Shown piece after piece: positions 1 to 10,629 of a stretch of DNA of 64,000 nt. A program made the translations under genes and the position numbers. A model generated the notes under the pieces. It was not told the origin of the DNA, made no database searches, and was given only the letters and a program-made list of their open reading frames with translations. The stretch is taken from contig MU005963.1 of assembly GCA_010093745.1 (NCBI GenBank), positions 330,217 through 394,216 of the forward strand, written 5' to 3'. Source of the stretch: Piedraia hortae CBS 480.64. Taxonomy: Eukaryota. Within the stretch, counting starts at the first letter, position 1; every line of letters begins with the position of its first letter.

Positions 1-312
1 GCAGGCCATAGGAAGAACGGGCCACGTCAAGAACGGGCCACAGGAACACAACTTCAACCCCTCCTCGAGGATGTCTACATAACTACTACCACTACTATGC
101 ATAAATATTTACACTTGAACCCGAACATGCCGACCTCTCCCTCCCGCTAAATTCCGTGGTATATACCCCCTTGTGAACGCCTTTGTTACAAATCCGAAAA
201 CTGACCCGGTATTCCCCGCCTATGAGATGTCCGTCAGCCTGTCTGTTGTGTCGTTTTCCATCGAACAATTGCAAATCAAAAGGCAAGCGATTTCCAATCA
301 GCAGCAAGGATA

Positions 313-969
313 TCATACGCGGATCGAATGCCGCGGATAGTCTCCTCCACCAGGCTGAAGAGGGTCTACTGACCTGTAACCGCCCGAGCGTCTGTGAGTT
401 TTCCTCCTGGGTACCGGTGCACCGCTGACGGAACTTTCGTCCTCGAAAACCTCGACCATGTCATCACCCTCAACCCTCGTCTCGTGCACCGAGTATGCGG
501 TTGCTTCTCTCGTACGCGATGCTTCCCTCATTATTGGCGTTGGCGGAGCAGCTGCGGCCACCGGCACCGCGGCCGGGGCGGTGGCGTCTCGGACGGTTCT
601 TATTTGTCGCACGATGCGTTCGGTCCTCGGGGGAGAGCGGTGTCTATGGTGGCGATGGTGGCGACGGTGCTGGCGTCTGGGCCGTGATCGCGACCGAGAC
701 CGTGATCGAGACCGCTCCCGCCGAACGTAGAGTTCTTCCTCCTCCGTCCCGCCCGAGTTGCGGGAGTTGGTAAGCTGCCAGAAGAGCCATACAAGGAACA
801 GAAAAGCGAGGATGCTGCCCAGCACGATGCCCGCAACGGCACCCGGCGCTGGACTCGAATTGGAACCGATATAGGTTGTCGGCACGGCACCTTGTTGCTG
901 CGTCTGCGTTTGTTGGTTGCTGGTGGAGGTAGACGATGAAGACCCGCCTTGTTGCGGAAGAGCGGGCAT
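313..969 (-). CDS. Hypothetical single-pass membrane protein (S/T/Q-rich N-terminus, TM helix, RS/His-rich tail)
   Basis: 218-aa ORF with TM segment GAVAGIVLGSILAFLFLVWLFW followed by RSRSRSRS and His-rich stretches, typical of a fungal conserved hypothetical. Confidence 0.7.
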   Translation of the reverse strand: MPALPQQGGSSSSTSTSNQQTQTQQQGAVPTTYIGSNSSPAPGAVAGIVLGSILAFLFLVWLFWQLTNSRNSGGTEEEELYVRRERSRSRSRSRSRPRRQHRRHHRHHRHRSPPRTERIVRQIRTVRDATAPAAVPVAAAAPPTPIMREASRTREATAYSVHETRVEGDDMVEVFEDESSVSGAPVPRRKTHRRSGGYRSVDPLQPGGGDYPRHSIRV

Positions 970-1460
970 GGCGACGAAGAGAAGCGCAACAACGAACGAA
1001 TGTTGGAAGTATGTATGTGATGCAAGAAGTTTAAATGGCTATGCCATGCAAAGAGAGAAATTCTGGGGACCTCGTCGGGCGTGGCTGGCCGGTGGCGGGG
1101 GAGTGGGCTTCACCACGTCATCCGCTTATCCGTTCGTTGTTGGGGAAATGAGTGATTACATAAGGTTTCATGGGAAATGTCAAGACGATAACGTCTTACC
1201 AGTTGTGCAATTTGATTAGATTGAGTAACTGTCAACGTAAAGTGTTTTGTTGTTTATGTCTTCTCATTGTAGTCTCCTAAACCTCGAACAACAGTCAATG
1301 GTCATGTTGACCCTGACGCTATCTGCAGTGTTGAAGAAGCCTCCATATCTATCCACTCGTGGGTTATTCAAAACCCACTGGAGAGTGTTCTTGGCCATGC
1401 GCAGCTGTAGTTAACTATCCAGGAATTGTTTATTCCAGTGCACACTCATCTGTCGACCAT

Positions 1461-2494
1461 CTATAACAGCGTATCACCAAGAGCACATCGAACAATCGAC
1501 ACACCAGCACTGGTGGTCTCGGCAGCACCGTGTGCCGCCAGTGAGGGATTAACCTCAACCAGATCCAGCGCAACAAGGCTGCCTGATTCATGGACGTACT
1601 CGGCAATGAAATCTCCCTCACGCAATGTGAGGCCCCCACGGACAGCCGTGCCGGTGCTTGGGGCCCAGATGGGGTCTAGAGCATCGATATCGAAGCTGAG
1701 ATGGATCGGTGTATCTCTACCGATCCATCCTAAAGCCATATCCATGACCGTACCAATGCCGTGGCGGTCGACGTCATGCATGCTAAAGGCACGAATGCCG
1801 TGTTCCCGGAGAATAGCCTTTTCACCGCGATCAACGTCTCGGAGACCAATGTAAACGAGCTTCTTGAGATTGATGCGTTGTGCGTCGGTCAGCCAACCAA
1901 ATGGCTTATCTTTTTCTTCCCGTACAAGTCCCGTCAAGAAAGACAGAGGCATTCCATGGACGTTGCCGCTTTCACTGCATTCGGGGGTGTTGATATCAGC
2001 ATGGGCATCAACCCAGATGACGGCTATTTCGCGGTTCAGCCGCTTCCTGATGGCCTGTGCCGTACCGGCAATGGTGCCGATGGCGATCGAATGGTCACCA
2101 CCAAGCGTCAGTACAAAGCGGCCTTCCTTTGCATGCTCGTACACCTGCTTGGACAGCTGCTCTGTAACGGCACTGACGCTCTTTGGCTTCTTCATCCTCC
2201 GGTAATCAGGGTCGGAAGCCGGAATGATGTCCTCATACTGATGCACCTTGCCATCCCAGTGCAGCTTATATTTGAGGTCCTCTTGTAGCTGATTTGCTAA
2301 GCCTGTGTCAATCAAAGCCTTGGGCCCTGCTTCTACACCCGCTTTGCACTACAACTGTCAGTCCCACTATGTCATCTTGGTTTGTTTATTTTGGGGAATG
2401 CCAGACGCACTTGACCTCCTGAAAACCCAACCGCAATCACACCGAGATCGCTGGCGTTTTTTAGGAATTTGGGCTTGATTACAGATGGATCCAT
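1461..2494 (-). CDS. CAR1: Arginase (2 exons: 2494-2411, 2348-1461)
   Basis: Motifs GGDHS, DAHAD, SGNVHG, SFDIDALDP...TGT. Exon 1 MDPSVIKPKFL...GFSGGQ joins CKAGVEAGP through intron 2349-2410 (GTGCGT...CTGAC...TAG). Confidence 0.95.
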
Positions 2495-2652
2495 TGCGGA
2501 AGACAAGTCGGCCGAAGAGGCCGTTATGAACTCCGCCATTAGCACAGGGCACAGGGTGAGAATGGAAAAAAAAAACTTTGCAATCTAGCCGGAAGCGGAA
2601 GTGGTGTACGCTTAGAAACGGCATTGTCCAGTTTCTTTTATGCAGCATATTG

Positions 2653-4755
2653 TCACGACGCCGCGGCACGAGTCGTTCTATCATAAAATTCCAGTGTACA
2701 AGCAGCCAGAAAACAGGGAATTTCCTTTCGTCCCTCAACCCAGAACTCGATTAAGCCCTTGATTTCTCCCGCAAAGGCCGATCTTGGGCCTCCGCTAACC
2801 TTCATCGTCCCCTTTTCACCGTCAAAGAGGATACTGTTTTCCTCTTCCTCCCCTTCGCGATTGATATGTGTTGGGTTGAGCACGCTAGTGGCTTTAACAC
2901 GACCGTTCGGCTCAAAGTCGAGCTTCCACCCGAGGATGGAACAGACTGCTTCCCTAAACTCCAGCGCCTTGGATCCCCATATTTGCTTCAATCGCATGGT
3001 TTTCTTTTCTTGTTGTGCTATTTTTACTTCGAGTTCGTCGATATGCAGCCTAGCAGCATCCAAGGTGCTAACAGGGACAACTTTGGCACCCTTGTGTCCC
3101 TCCAGCTGCTCGAGTAGCGTGGCATTCTCAGCCCTGAGCGTCGTCAGGGTGGTCAACTTGATCCTCTCGGCTTGGGCCGTGGGATTTTCCCGTAGCTCCA
3201 GTATCCTTGTCCGCGAGGCTTCCTTGTGCAGGGCTACCTGAGCAGTGCTTGCCTTGAGCTCAGCTTCGAGCACGCGATTACGAGTCTGCAGCTTTTCGGC
3301 CTCGTCTTGCAGCGTGCGCATCTTACGTCGCAGCTCACCCAGCCGTACATCGTCAGCCTCGTCTTCATCTCGAGTCCGTTTTCGTGGTGTCGTTTGCTCT
3401 GCAGGCTCCCGTTGTGTCAACTCTTCGTTCAGCCTCGCAACTTCGGCTTCGAATTGCTCCAATGTCTCCTCTAGCGTATGGATGCGTTGCCTCTGCTCCT
3501 CGTTGACTCTTTCGGGATTGAATTCGGCCTCTTCAGCTTCAAACGTTTTCATCTGCGCTCGGAGATATTCTACCTCCTTGGCAAGCAGGGCCTTTTGTCG
3601 CTGTAATCGTAGCATTGCTTTTCCTTCTGGAGCCGCACCGGGCTTCTGATTGTCTAGGGTAACTTGAAGCTTAGCCTTTTCCTCCTTTAGCTGTTCGACA
3701 TTGGCCCTTTGGACCTCTAGTTCAGGCTGGATGTTGCCCAACTTGTCGACAAGCTCTACCATTTCAACATGCATTTGCATAAACGCCCTGGCCATTTCTT
3801 CCGGGGAATTGTACTGCATGTCCCCACGACCATCCAGGTAGCTAGTCCAGCTCTTCTTCTCGTCTTCTAGAATTTGTTTTTGCAGCTGTGTCTCGGCGAG
3901 TTCAGCGCGAAGGCCATCCATTAGCTTCAATCTCGCCTCCAAGCCCCTCTTCTCCTCCTGAACAACTTCCACGCTCTTATGCAATTTCCTCAATCTCTTC
4001 AATTCAGCCGCCTGTTCCTTGTTCTCCCCCTCCAGTCTATCGATATACGCCACTTGCTGCGAAAGCTCCTGTTTGACGACGTCCAGCGTCTCCGCATCGC
4101 CAGCCTGGGCTTTTAGTGTCATAATGTCGTTCTCAAGCTCACCGATGAGCGTCTCCTTGCTCGCCAGATGCTCCTGCGCCGCCAGCAGCGCCGCAGCTTT
4201 GATATCCAACTCCCTTTTCGCCTCCTCTGCCACAGAAGTCAATCTCTCACACCTCGCCTCCAGCTCAGAGCGCTCCTTATGCGATTCCCTTGCGCGAGTT
4301 TCGAGCTCTGATCTAAACTCCTCCACCTCTTCCCTAAGTGCCCTATTATCCTCCTGACACGCGCGCAAGAGCTTCTCTGAGCGGAGCTTCTCATTTGCTG
4401 CACGGTCATGTAGCTCTTGCCAGTCGCGGCGCGCGGCATCGGCCTTGTTGCGAGCGACATCACGTTCTTGCGTTGCAGCATCGGCGCGTTTCGCGTCTGC
4501 GTCTGCGCGTCCGTACGCTTCACGCAACTCTTCCTGGTGTTGTAACTGCGCAAGTTCGCGCTCCTGACGCAGCGATTCGACTTCGTATTGTAGACTGTTG
4601 AGCTGTGCGCGTAGGTCTTGGTTGCCGGAATTGGCGGCGACGTTCGTGGCGGTGGAGCGGCGGAGAAGGGTTGATTCGCGTAATGTCGAGGCCGCACGCA
4701 CCGGCGACGGATCTCCTCCGGCTAGGAAGTCCCACGTCGGCTGATTATGGGCCAT
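2653..4755 (-). CDS. MAD1: Spindle assembly checkpoint protein Mad1
   Basis: 700-aa coiled coil with RILELRENP (Mad2-binding region), RLK motif, EFREAVCSILGW and C-terminal IPCFLAACTLE. Confidence 0.9.
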   Translation of the reverse strand: MAHNQPTWDFLAGGDPSPVRAASTLRESTLLRRSTATNVAANSGNQDLRAQLNSLQYEVESLRQERELAQLQHQEELREAYGRADADAKRADAATQERDVARNKADAARRDWQELHDRAANEKLRSEKLLRACQEDNRALREEVEEFRSELETRARESHKERSELEARCERLTSVAEEAKRELDIKAAALLAAQEHLASKETLIGELENDIMTLKAQAGDAETLDVVKQELSQQVAYIDRLEGENKEQAAELKRLRKLHKSVEVVQEEKRGLEARLKLMDGLRAELAETQLQKQILEDEKKSWTSYLDGRGDMQYNSPEEMARAFMQMHVEMVELVDKLGNIQPELEVQRANVEQLKEEKAKLQVTLDNQKPGAAPEGKAMLRLQRQKALLAKEVEYLRAQMKTFEAEEAEFNPERVNEEQRQRIHTLEETLEQFEAEVARLNEELTQREPAEQTTPRKRTRDEDEADDVRLGELRRKMRTLQDEAEKLQTRNRVLEAELKASTAQVALHKEASRTRILELRENPTAQAERIKLTTLTTLRAENATLLEQLEGHKGAKVVPVSTLDAARLHIDELEVKIAQQEKKTMRLKQIWGSKALEFREAVCSILGWKLDFEPNGRVKATSVLNPTHINREGEEEENSILFDGEKGTMKVSGGPRSAFAGEIKGLIEFWVEGRKEIPCFLAACTLEFYDRTTRAAAS

Positions 4756-5135
4756 TGATTCGGTCGGTCGCTCATCCGTTGCGCAATGTTGAGGTTTTGC
4801 CGTTTGCGGTTAGGCCGGCGCGTCGGACCATTTCCGTGGCATGTGGGAGACTTTCACATTCACCTGATTATCTCACAGTTAACCCTAGATATCATAGCAG
4901 ACACCGAATACACTGGGTATTTTCACTTATAGTTCACAGTCAGCACCCCCCGATTTGGTCTCCATGCAACTGCAGACGCTCGGACAAATCGAATCCTTGA
5001 TATAGCGGGCAGAAGTCTTGTATCAGATCGCTCCGCTATTCAGCTGCGACTGTAAACACCAGATAGGGATTGGCAAGTATTTGGCACCACACTTGGCGCC
5101 ACTGGCTTGATCGTGTCATTAGGTATCATGCTGCT

Positions 5136-6721
5136 CTAGGAACGATCCCAGGGCAAGGAAAATGTGCCCACCCAATCTTCCACCTCCTTTCTCAACTTCA
5201 CAATGTCCATGCAATCCTGACCCTCGCCCACATACTCTTTGAAGGCGTTGACACTCTGCGGGTTCTTCCGTCCCTTCTTCGTCTGAGCTTCGACGGCTTC
5301 GCTGTCGAGATTTTTTGTGATTTCCACTGTGCGGTGCACAATGTCCGCCACACGTTCAAAGTCGTTGGCTTGAAAGCCCCGAGTGGTCATGGCAGGCGTG
5401 CCCATCCGCACTCCGCCCGGCTTCATGGCTGATTTATCGCCGGGAACCGTGTTCTTGTTTGCCGCTACCCCGACCAATTCCAAAACACGCTCGACTCGCG
5501 CGCCATCAATCTTCTTGTCTTTCAAGTCAACCAGAACGAGATGATTGTCCGTGCCGCCGCTTACGAGATTGTATCCCAGTCCGCCGCTATTTCGGCCTTC
5601 TCCCAGACGCTTTGCCAGCGCCTTGGCATTTTGCAGCACAGATTGTTGATATTCCTTGAATTCCGGCTGGTGGGCCTGGTGCAATGCCACGGATAGGGCG
5701 GCGATGGTGTGGTTATGAGGTCCTCCTTGGTGTCCCGGGAATACGGAAGAGTTGATGGGGTGTTCCAAATCGTATTTCTCCTCCACTCCAGTCTTCTTGT
5801 TCACGCTACGGACTCCCTTGCGGAAAAATATCATGGCCCCTCGCGGCCCCCTCAGGCTCTTGTGGGTTGTAGTTGTTACCACATCGCTGTACTCGAACGG
5901 GCTAGGCACAACGCCCGCAGCCACGAGGCCAGAGATATGCGCCATGTCACTGACCAGATAGCAGCTGCCAGCCTTGTCGCAAATTTCTCGGAATCGCTTA
6001 TAATCAAGTAGTCTGCTGTATGCACTCGTCCCGGCTATGATGATTTTGGGTCGGTAAAGCATTGCCATCTCCTCCAGTCTGTCGTAGTCGATCAAGCCAG
6101 TCTTCTCATCCAGTCGATAAGGCAATGTCTCAAAGTATTTGCTGATAGCCGAAATCTTCTTGGTTGGCAGCTGGTAGCCATGAGACAGGTGGCCACCGTG
6201 AGGAAGATCCAGCCCCATGATTCGGTCATGGGTATTCAATAGCGCTGAATATGCTTGCAGGTTGGCGGGAGAGCCAGAGAGTGGCTGAACATTTACGCCC
6301 CATTCTGATTCCTTCAAACCGAACGTTTCCAATGCTCGCTGTTGGCATAATCGTTCTGATTCGTCAATATACTCGTTCCCTCCGTAGTATCTTGCCCCTG
6401 GATAACCCTCGGAATATTTGTTTTGCATAACGCTACCAAGGGCTTCCAATACTGCCTGGCTGGTGAAGTTTTCAGATGGGATAAGATTGATGAAATGCTT
6501 TTGCCTATCTTTCTCTTTGCGAATTATCTCAAATACGGCTGGGTCAGAATCTTTTAGATGGGCAGAAAGCAGCTATCTGGTCAGCTATACCACGGTCTAC
6601 CTTGACTCCGTTTTACCTTTTGTTGGCTTTCGACACTGACGGAACGCGTGCTGTTGTATATCCATGGATTCCTTGACAGGAATGAGCCCAAAGACCGTAT
6701 ACCTCTTCGCATCGATGCCAT
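5136..6721 (-). CDS. SHM1: Serine hydroxymethyltransferase, probably mitochondrial (intron 6573-6616)
   Basis: [25 protein letters not shown] lysine motif [12 protein letters not shown]. Exon 1 [20 protein letters not shown] resembles an Arg/Ser-rich mitochondrial presequence. Confidence 0.95.
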
Positions 6722-6899
6722 GGTTAAAGATGGCTATCTCTGTTGAAACCACGGGCTTCTTAACTTCCCGCATCGGCTAGAGCGGGAAACGCGGGCGGGG
6801 CCACCCGGAGCTCGGCTAAACTATTTCTCCGAGGTGCCAAGCCTTTTGGAAATTGCCGACGCACCGCGAACAACCGCAACTCCAACCAACAACAACAAC
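6722..6899. promoter_or_regulatory. Short bidirectional promoter between SHMT and RPL18
   Basis: 178 bp between divergent ATGs (6721 minus, 6900 plus); GC-rich core and (CAA)n run just before the RPL18 ATG. Confidence 0.6.
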
Positions 6900-7621
6900 A
6901 TGGGTGTCGACCTAGACAAGCACCATGGTACGCCATAAATTTGCGCGAACAAAAACGTTGGGTGCAATTTACTGACTCTGACAGTGCGCAGCGGCCACCG
7001 CAAGGCGCCCAAAAGCCAGAACCCGTACCTGAGGTACGGCGAATGAGAAGACTGGAAGCACAATTCTAATAACATTAGGATGCTTGTCAAGCTGTACAAG
7101 TTCTTGAGCCGTCGCACGGATAGCAGTTTCAATAAGACTGTCCTTCGCCGCATGATGGCCTCCAAGATCAACAAGCCGCCAGTCTCCCTCTCTCGCATTG
7201 TGTCCGTCACGGCCAACCCGCACTCGGCCAAGGCGTATGAGGGCAAGATCCGCGCCATTGTCGGACCCGTGACCGATGACAATCGTCTTTACGAGGTCCC
7301 GAAGATGACCGTCTGCGCTCTCCGCTTCACGTCGACAGCCCGCGCCCGCATCGAGAAGGCTGGGGGTGAGTGTATCACCTTTGATCAGCTCGTGCAGCGA
7401 GCCCCCACGGGCTCCGGAGTCATTCTCCTCCGTGGACCCAAGAATGCGCGCGAGGCTGTCAAGCATTTCGGCATGGGCCCACATACGAACAAGGTGGGTT
7501 AATCTGTGCGGCAGATAATGGTGCAGGGCTAACAGCAATGTAGAAGCCGTACGTGGAAAGCAAGGGCCGAAAGTTTGAGCGTGCTCGTGGACGGAGACGT
7601 TCGCGTGGTTTCAAGGTCTAG
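6900..7621 (+). CDS. RPL18: 60S ribosomal protein eL18 (4 exons; introns 6928-6984, 7034-7078, 7494-7543)
   Basis: Spliced product [35 protein letters not shown]...[25 protein letters not shown]. Confidence 0.96.
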
Positions 7622-8866
7622 GGTAGTAGACTCGAAAATGTGTCATGCCCGGCCGTTAATGATGTACCGTTTTTACCTGCCTACTTCACCAGCCTGGCCC
7701 AATGCCAGTTGCGCGAAAACGAATGGGTACATAGGTACCATCTGTCAAACCAATACGAACATGCACTCCTACCTGCTCATGTAATCGTCCTTGCATTTGC
7801 CGGCGTAGGCTAGCGTTCGGCACCCACCCCATAATAGGCGGCACTGTAGCTTGCATGCTGAAGGTTCGGCGTAATCTGAGTAACATATACTGCCATAGAT
7901 CCCCGCTGCCGAGAATCCTCGGGAGCAAATTGAGTGCGTCAATGCTACTGATTCAATGGGAAAATGCATAGCCAATGAGATACAAGGATGTTCTCGGCTT
8001 ACCCTTACACCTCGGCCATTTTCTACCACGGTCACATGAAGTATACGTTGTGTCACCCATCTGGAGTCAACGACGATCGAGAGCTTTATTGGCCGAGCAC
8101 AAAAAGCCGCCAGGATGATGATCCCCGAGCGGCGTTTGTGTTGGAGCTCTGGCCCATCACGGCGTTAAAAAGCGGCAGCAGGTCGAGCTTCGCACAGGGG
8201 TTGGGACCCATTTGCCGAGACCAACGTAATATTTTCTCCAATCAGGCTGGTGGCAGACAGCGCCAAACCGGTAGCTAGACAGGGTAACAAACGGGGGCCA
8301 CGCAATAACGGTTGCCATTGGTTCACGCGACCAGGCACGCGAATCCGGGAAAAGGAAAGCTTCAGTCTCCCACCTCCGGGGGGGGGGCAGTTCCTGCTGG
8401 TGGACGTGAATTTTTTGTGGGGTAAATCTGGGAAGATCGGGACGCGGCGCCCGTTCCATCCAACCACTTGCTGACATTCATCTCTCTGTTGGCTGTCTCT
8501 ACCAAAAGTTATTGTTTTTTTGTTGCGGCGCCGTTCGTTGGGATCGACATCGCGTCGCGTCGCGTAATAACTACCTGTGGCCTCCCCCATTTCTTGCCTG
8601 TTGACACCACACACACACACAGCCCTATCTTTCTCCTCTCATTACTCCGCTCTGATCCCAGCAGGTTGTCGCGACTGATTAGTCACAAAACGTGTGGTAT
8701 TGGCTTATTGGGGTGGCTTGTTTGGAATCCCAATATTTTTTTTGACTGCACTAGTAGTTACGCGTCTGTGTGAGACAACAAGTCATCACCACGTTTGAGA
8801 GTCACGACTGCACAACTGCACACCTGAAGAATCAGCAGCTTCAAAGTTAACTTTGGCCACATTCCC

Positions 8867-10210
8867 ATGGCGCTTGAACCGCTCGTTTCACCGCGACCTC
8901 CTTCTGCCAACCCGGCATCCAGCCAGAATGCTAATGGAGCCTACGGTGCCGCCCACCAACTGCTCCTTGAACATGTCTTGGCCAACCATCAGTCGTACGA
9001 GCTTCCGTTGCGCACCATGTACACGATCAACTGCGCACCCGATCAGTCTTCAAAGCAACCAGATTCCCCCGCGTCGCCTGGTCCGGATCGTGGTCTCGCT
9101 GAGGCCTTTACTGCAAACCTCATGACGCAGGTGCAACAATTGCCGAACCAACCCACGTCTCTTCCTCCCAGCTTTGTGACCTCGTTTTTACTGCGAACAT
9201 TCCATCCTGAGCTCACCTGTGTAGACTTCCCGCAGGCTCTCACCGGACTGGACTATCTTCGCGATCTGGAAATGCGGCGTCGCCATGAGATTTCAATGGT
9301 TCTTGGCCAACTTCACGGAAATAATGTGTCATCAGCTATCAAGCAATGGGGCGAAAGCATTGCTGAACGTGGCCGCAAAGTCGAAGGACTGTACTCCCAA
9401 CTCTATCTCAGCTTACGACGTTGGATCATGATCAACGAGCTTTATTTGTCGCCATTCAATAAACGCAACTGCATGGCTATGCTCAACACTCTATACCCCC
9501 CCGTCGTAGCGAAGCAGCCGTCTTCTACTCTGTCACCAGAAGTCCTTGCCATGCAGCGCCAAGGCATTTTCAAATACATCAATAGCGTGGATAAGCAAGG
9601 CAGAAAGGTATTAACCAACCTCATGAATCAAGGCAAGGGCCCTGCCGATGAAACGGGCTGGCCAGCGGTCAACCGCACCCTTAGCAATTATCTGCACCAG
9701 ACGAACGCAATTATCAACGAGTGCACGAACATGGATTTTTGTCGCTCACCAATTACGAAGAGCCTGGCCTCGGTGCCTGGAACTCATCAGAAGCCGCTAC
9801 GAAAGGCTGATTCTGGGGTAAGCTTTGGCAGCGCCCATTCCGCAAACCGCGTCACCGGACTAGCCGAACCTGAATCTCCACGATCTAAGACGCCCGTGGG
9901 TGGGCGGCCCAGTACGACTTTGGAAAAGATTGCACGCGGTCTCAAAGCCATTGGCCGCGGCCGCACCGACGAGCAGACGTACGAACCACCAACTCCTGCG
10001 TTGCCAAGCTCTGCCTCGGCGGACAAAACATTAACCGAGAGGACATCAAACGAGAAGATTACGCCCTTGCGCAAGATGCGCAGTATGGGCGCCATTGGCT
10101 CACGAAAGGCGCTCTCAGCTTTCCGGGGCACCGAAACCGAGCCTGTGCCGCGGATCAAGCAAGAATTTAACACGCCGCAGCATCCGACGGGCAGCTACTT
10201 CGAGGTTTAG
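8867..10210 (+). CDS. Conserved fungal hypothetical protein
   Basis: 447-aa intronless ORF; ordered core (YELPLRTMYTIN, VDFPQALTGLDYLRDLE, LRRWIMINEL) with a disordered Ser/Pro-rich C-terminus. Confidence 0.75.
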   Translation: MALEPLVSPRPPSANPASSQNANGAYGAAHQLLLEHVLANHQSYELPLRTMYTINCAPDQSSKQPDSPASPGPDRGLAEAFTANLMTQVQQLPNQPTSLPPSFVTSFLLRTFHPELTCVDFPQALTGLDYLRDLEMRRRHEISMVLGQLHGNNVSSAIKQWGESIAERGRKVEGLYSQLYLSLRRWIMINELYLSPFNKRNCMAMLNTLYPPVVAKQPSSTLSPEVLAMQRQGIFKYINSVDKQGRKVLTNLMNQGKGPADETGWPAVNRTLSNYLHQTNAIINECTNMDFCRSPITKSLASVPGTHQKPLRKADSGVSFGSAHSANRVTGLAEPESPRSKTPVGGRPSTTLEKIARGLKAIGRGRTDEQTYEPPTPALPSSASADKTLTERTSNEKITPLRKMRSMGAIGSRKALSAFRGTETEPVPRIKQEFNTPQHPTGSYFEV

Positions 10211-10629
10211 CCATTGCGTGACGCTTAATCAATGCTTGTACGACGATATGTTATCTGGGTGGTGTTTGGGTCTGGACATTGGTCTGTATTGATGATTGAA
10301 GGATGAATGCGTTGAAACGATGCCGTCAGTGCTGAACGATAAAAAGAAAACGTTTACAGCTTCTGCCTTTGAATCCTGCCCTCGCTGGATTAATATTAGG
10401 TAGAACCATTAACGACTAGTATATTGTCTACTAATTTGAAGTCGAGATTGTGGAGCAGTTTAGCGGTGGCAGCTGTCCTCCAATGTGGCAAGCTACGTGT
10501 GCGGTGCCAAGCGCGAGGACGGGAGGCGGGGCATCGATGAAGGCGCGCCGATGACGTATGATCACATGACTTCCCGAACCGCATCTCTCCGGTGAGCAAG
10601 AGCGGGCACAAGGACAAGGCGCGCGAACC

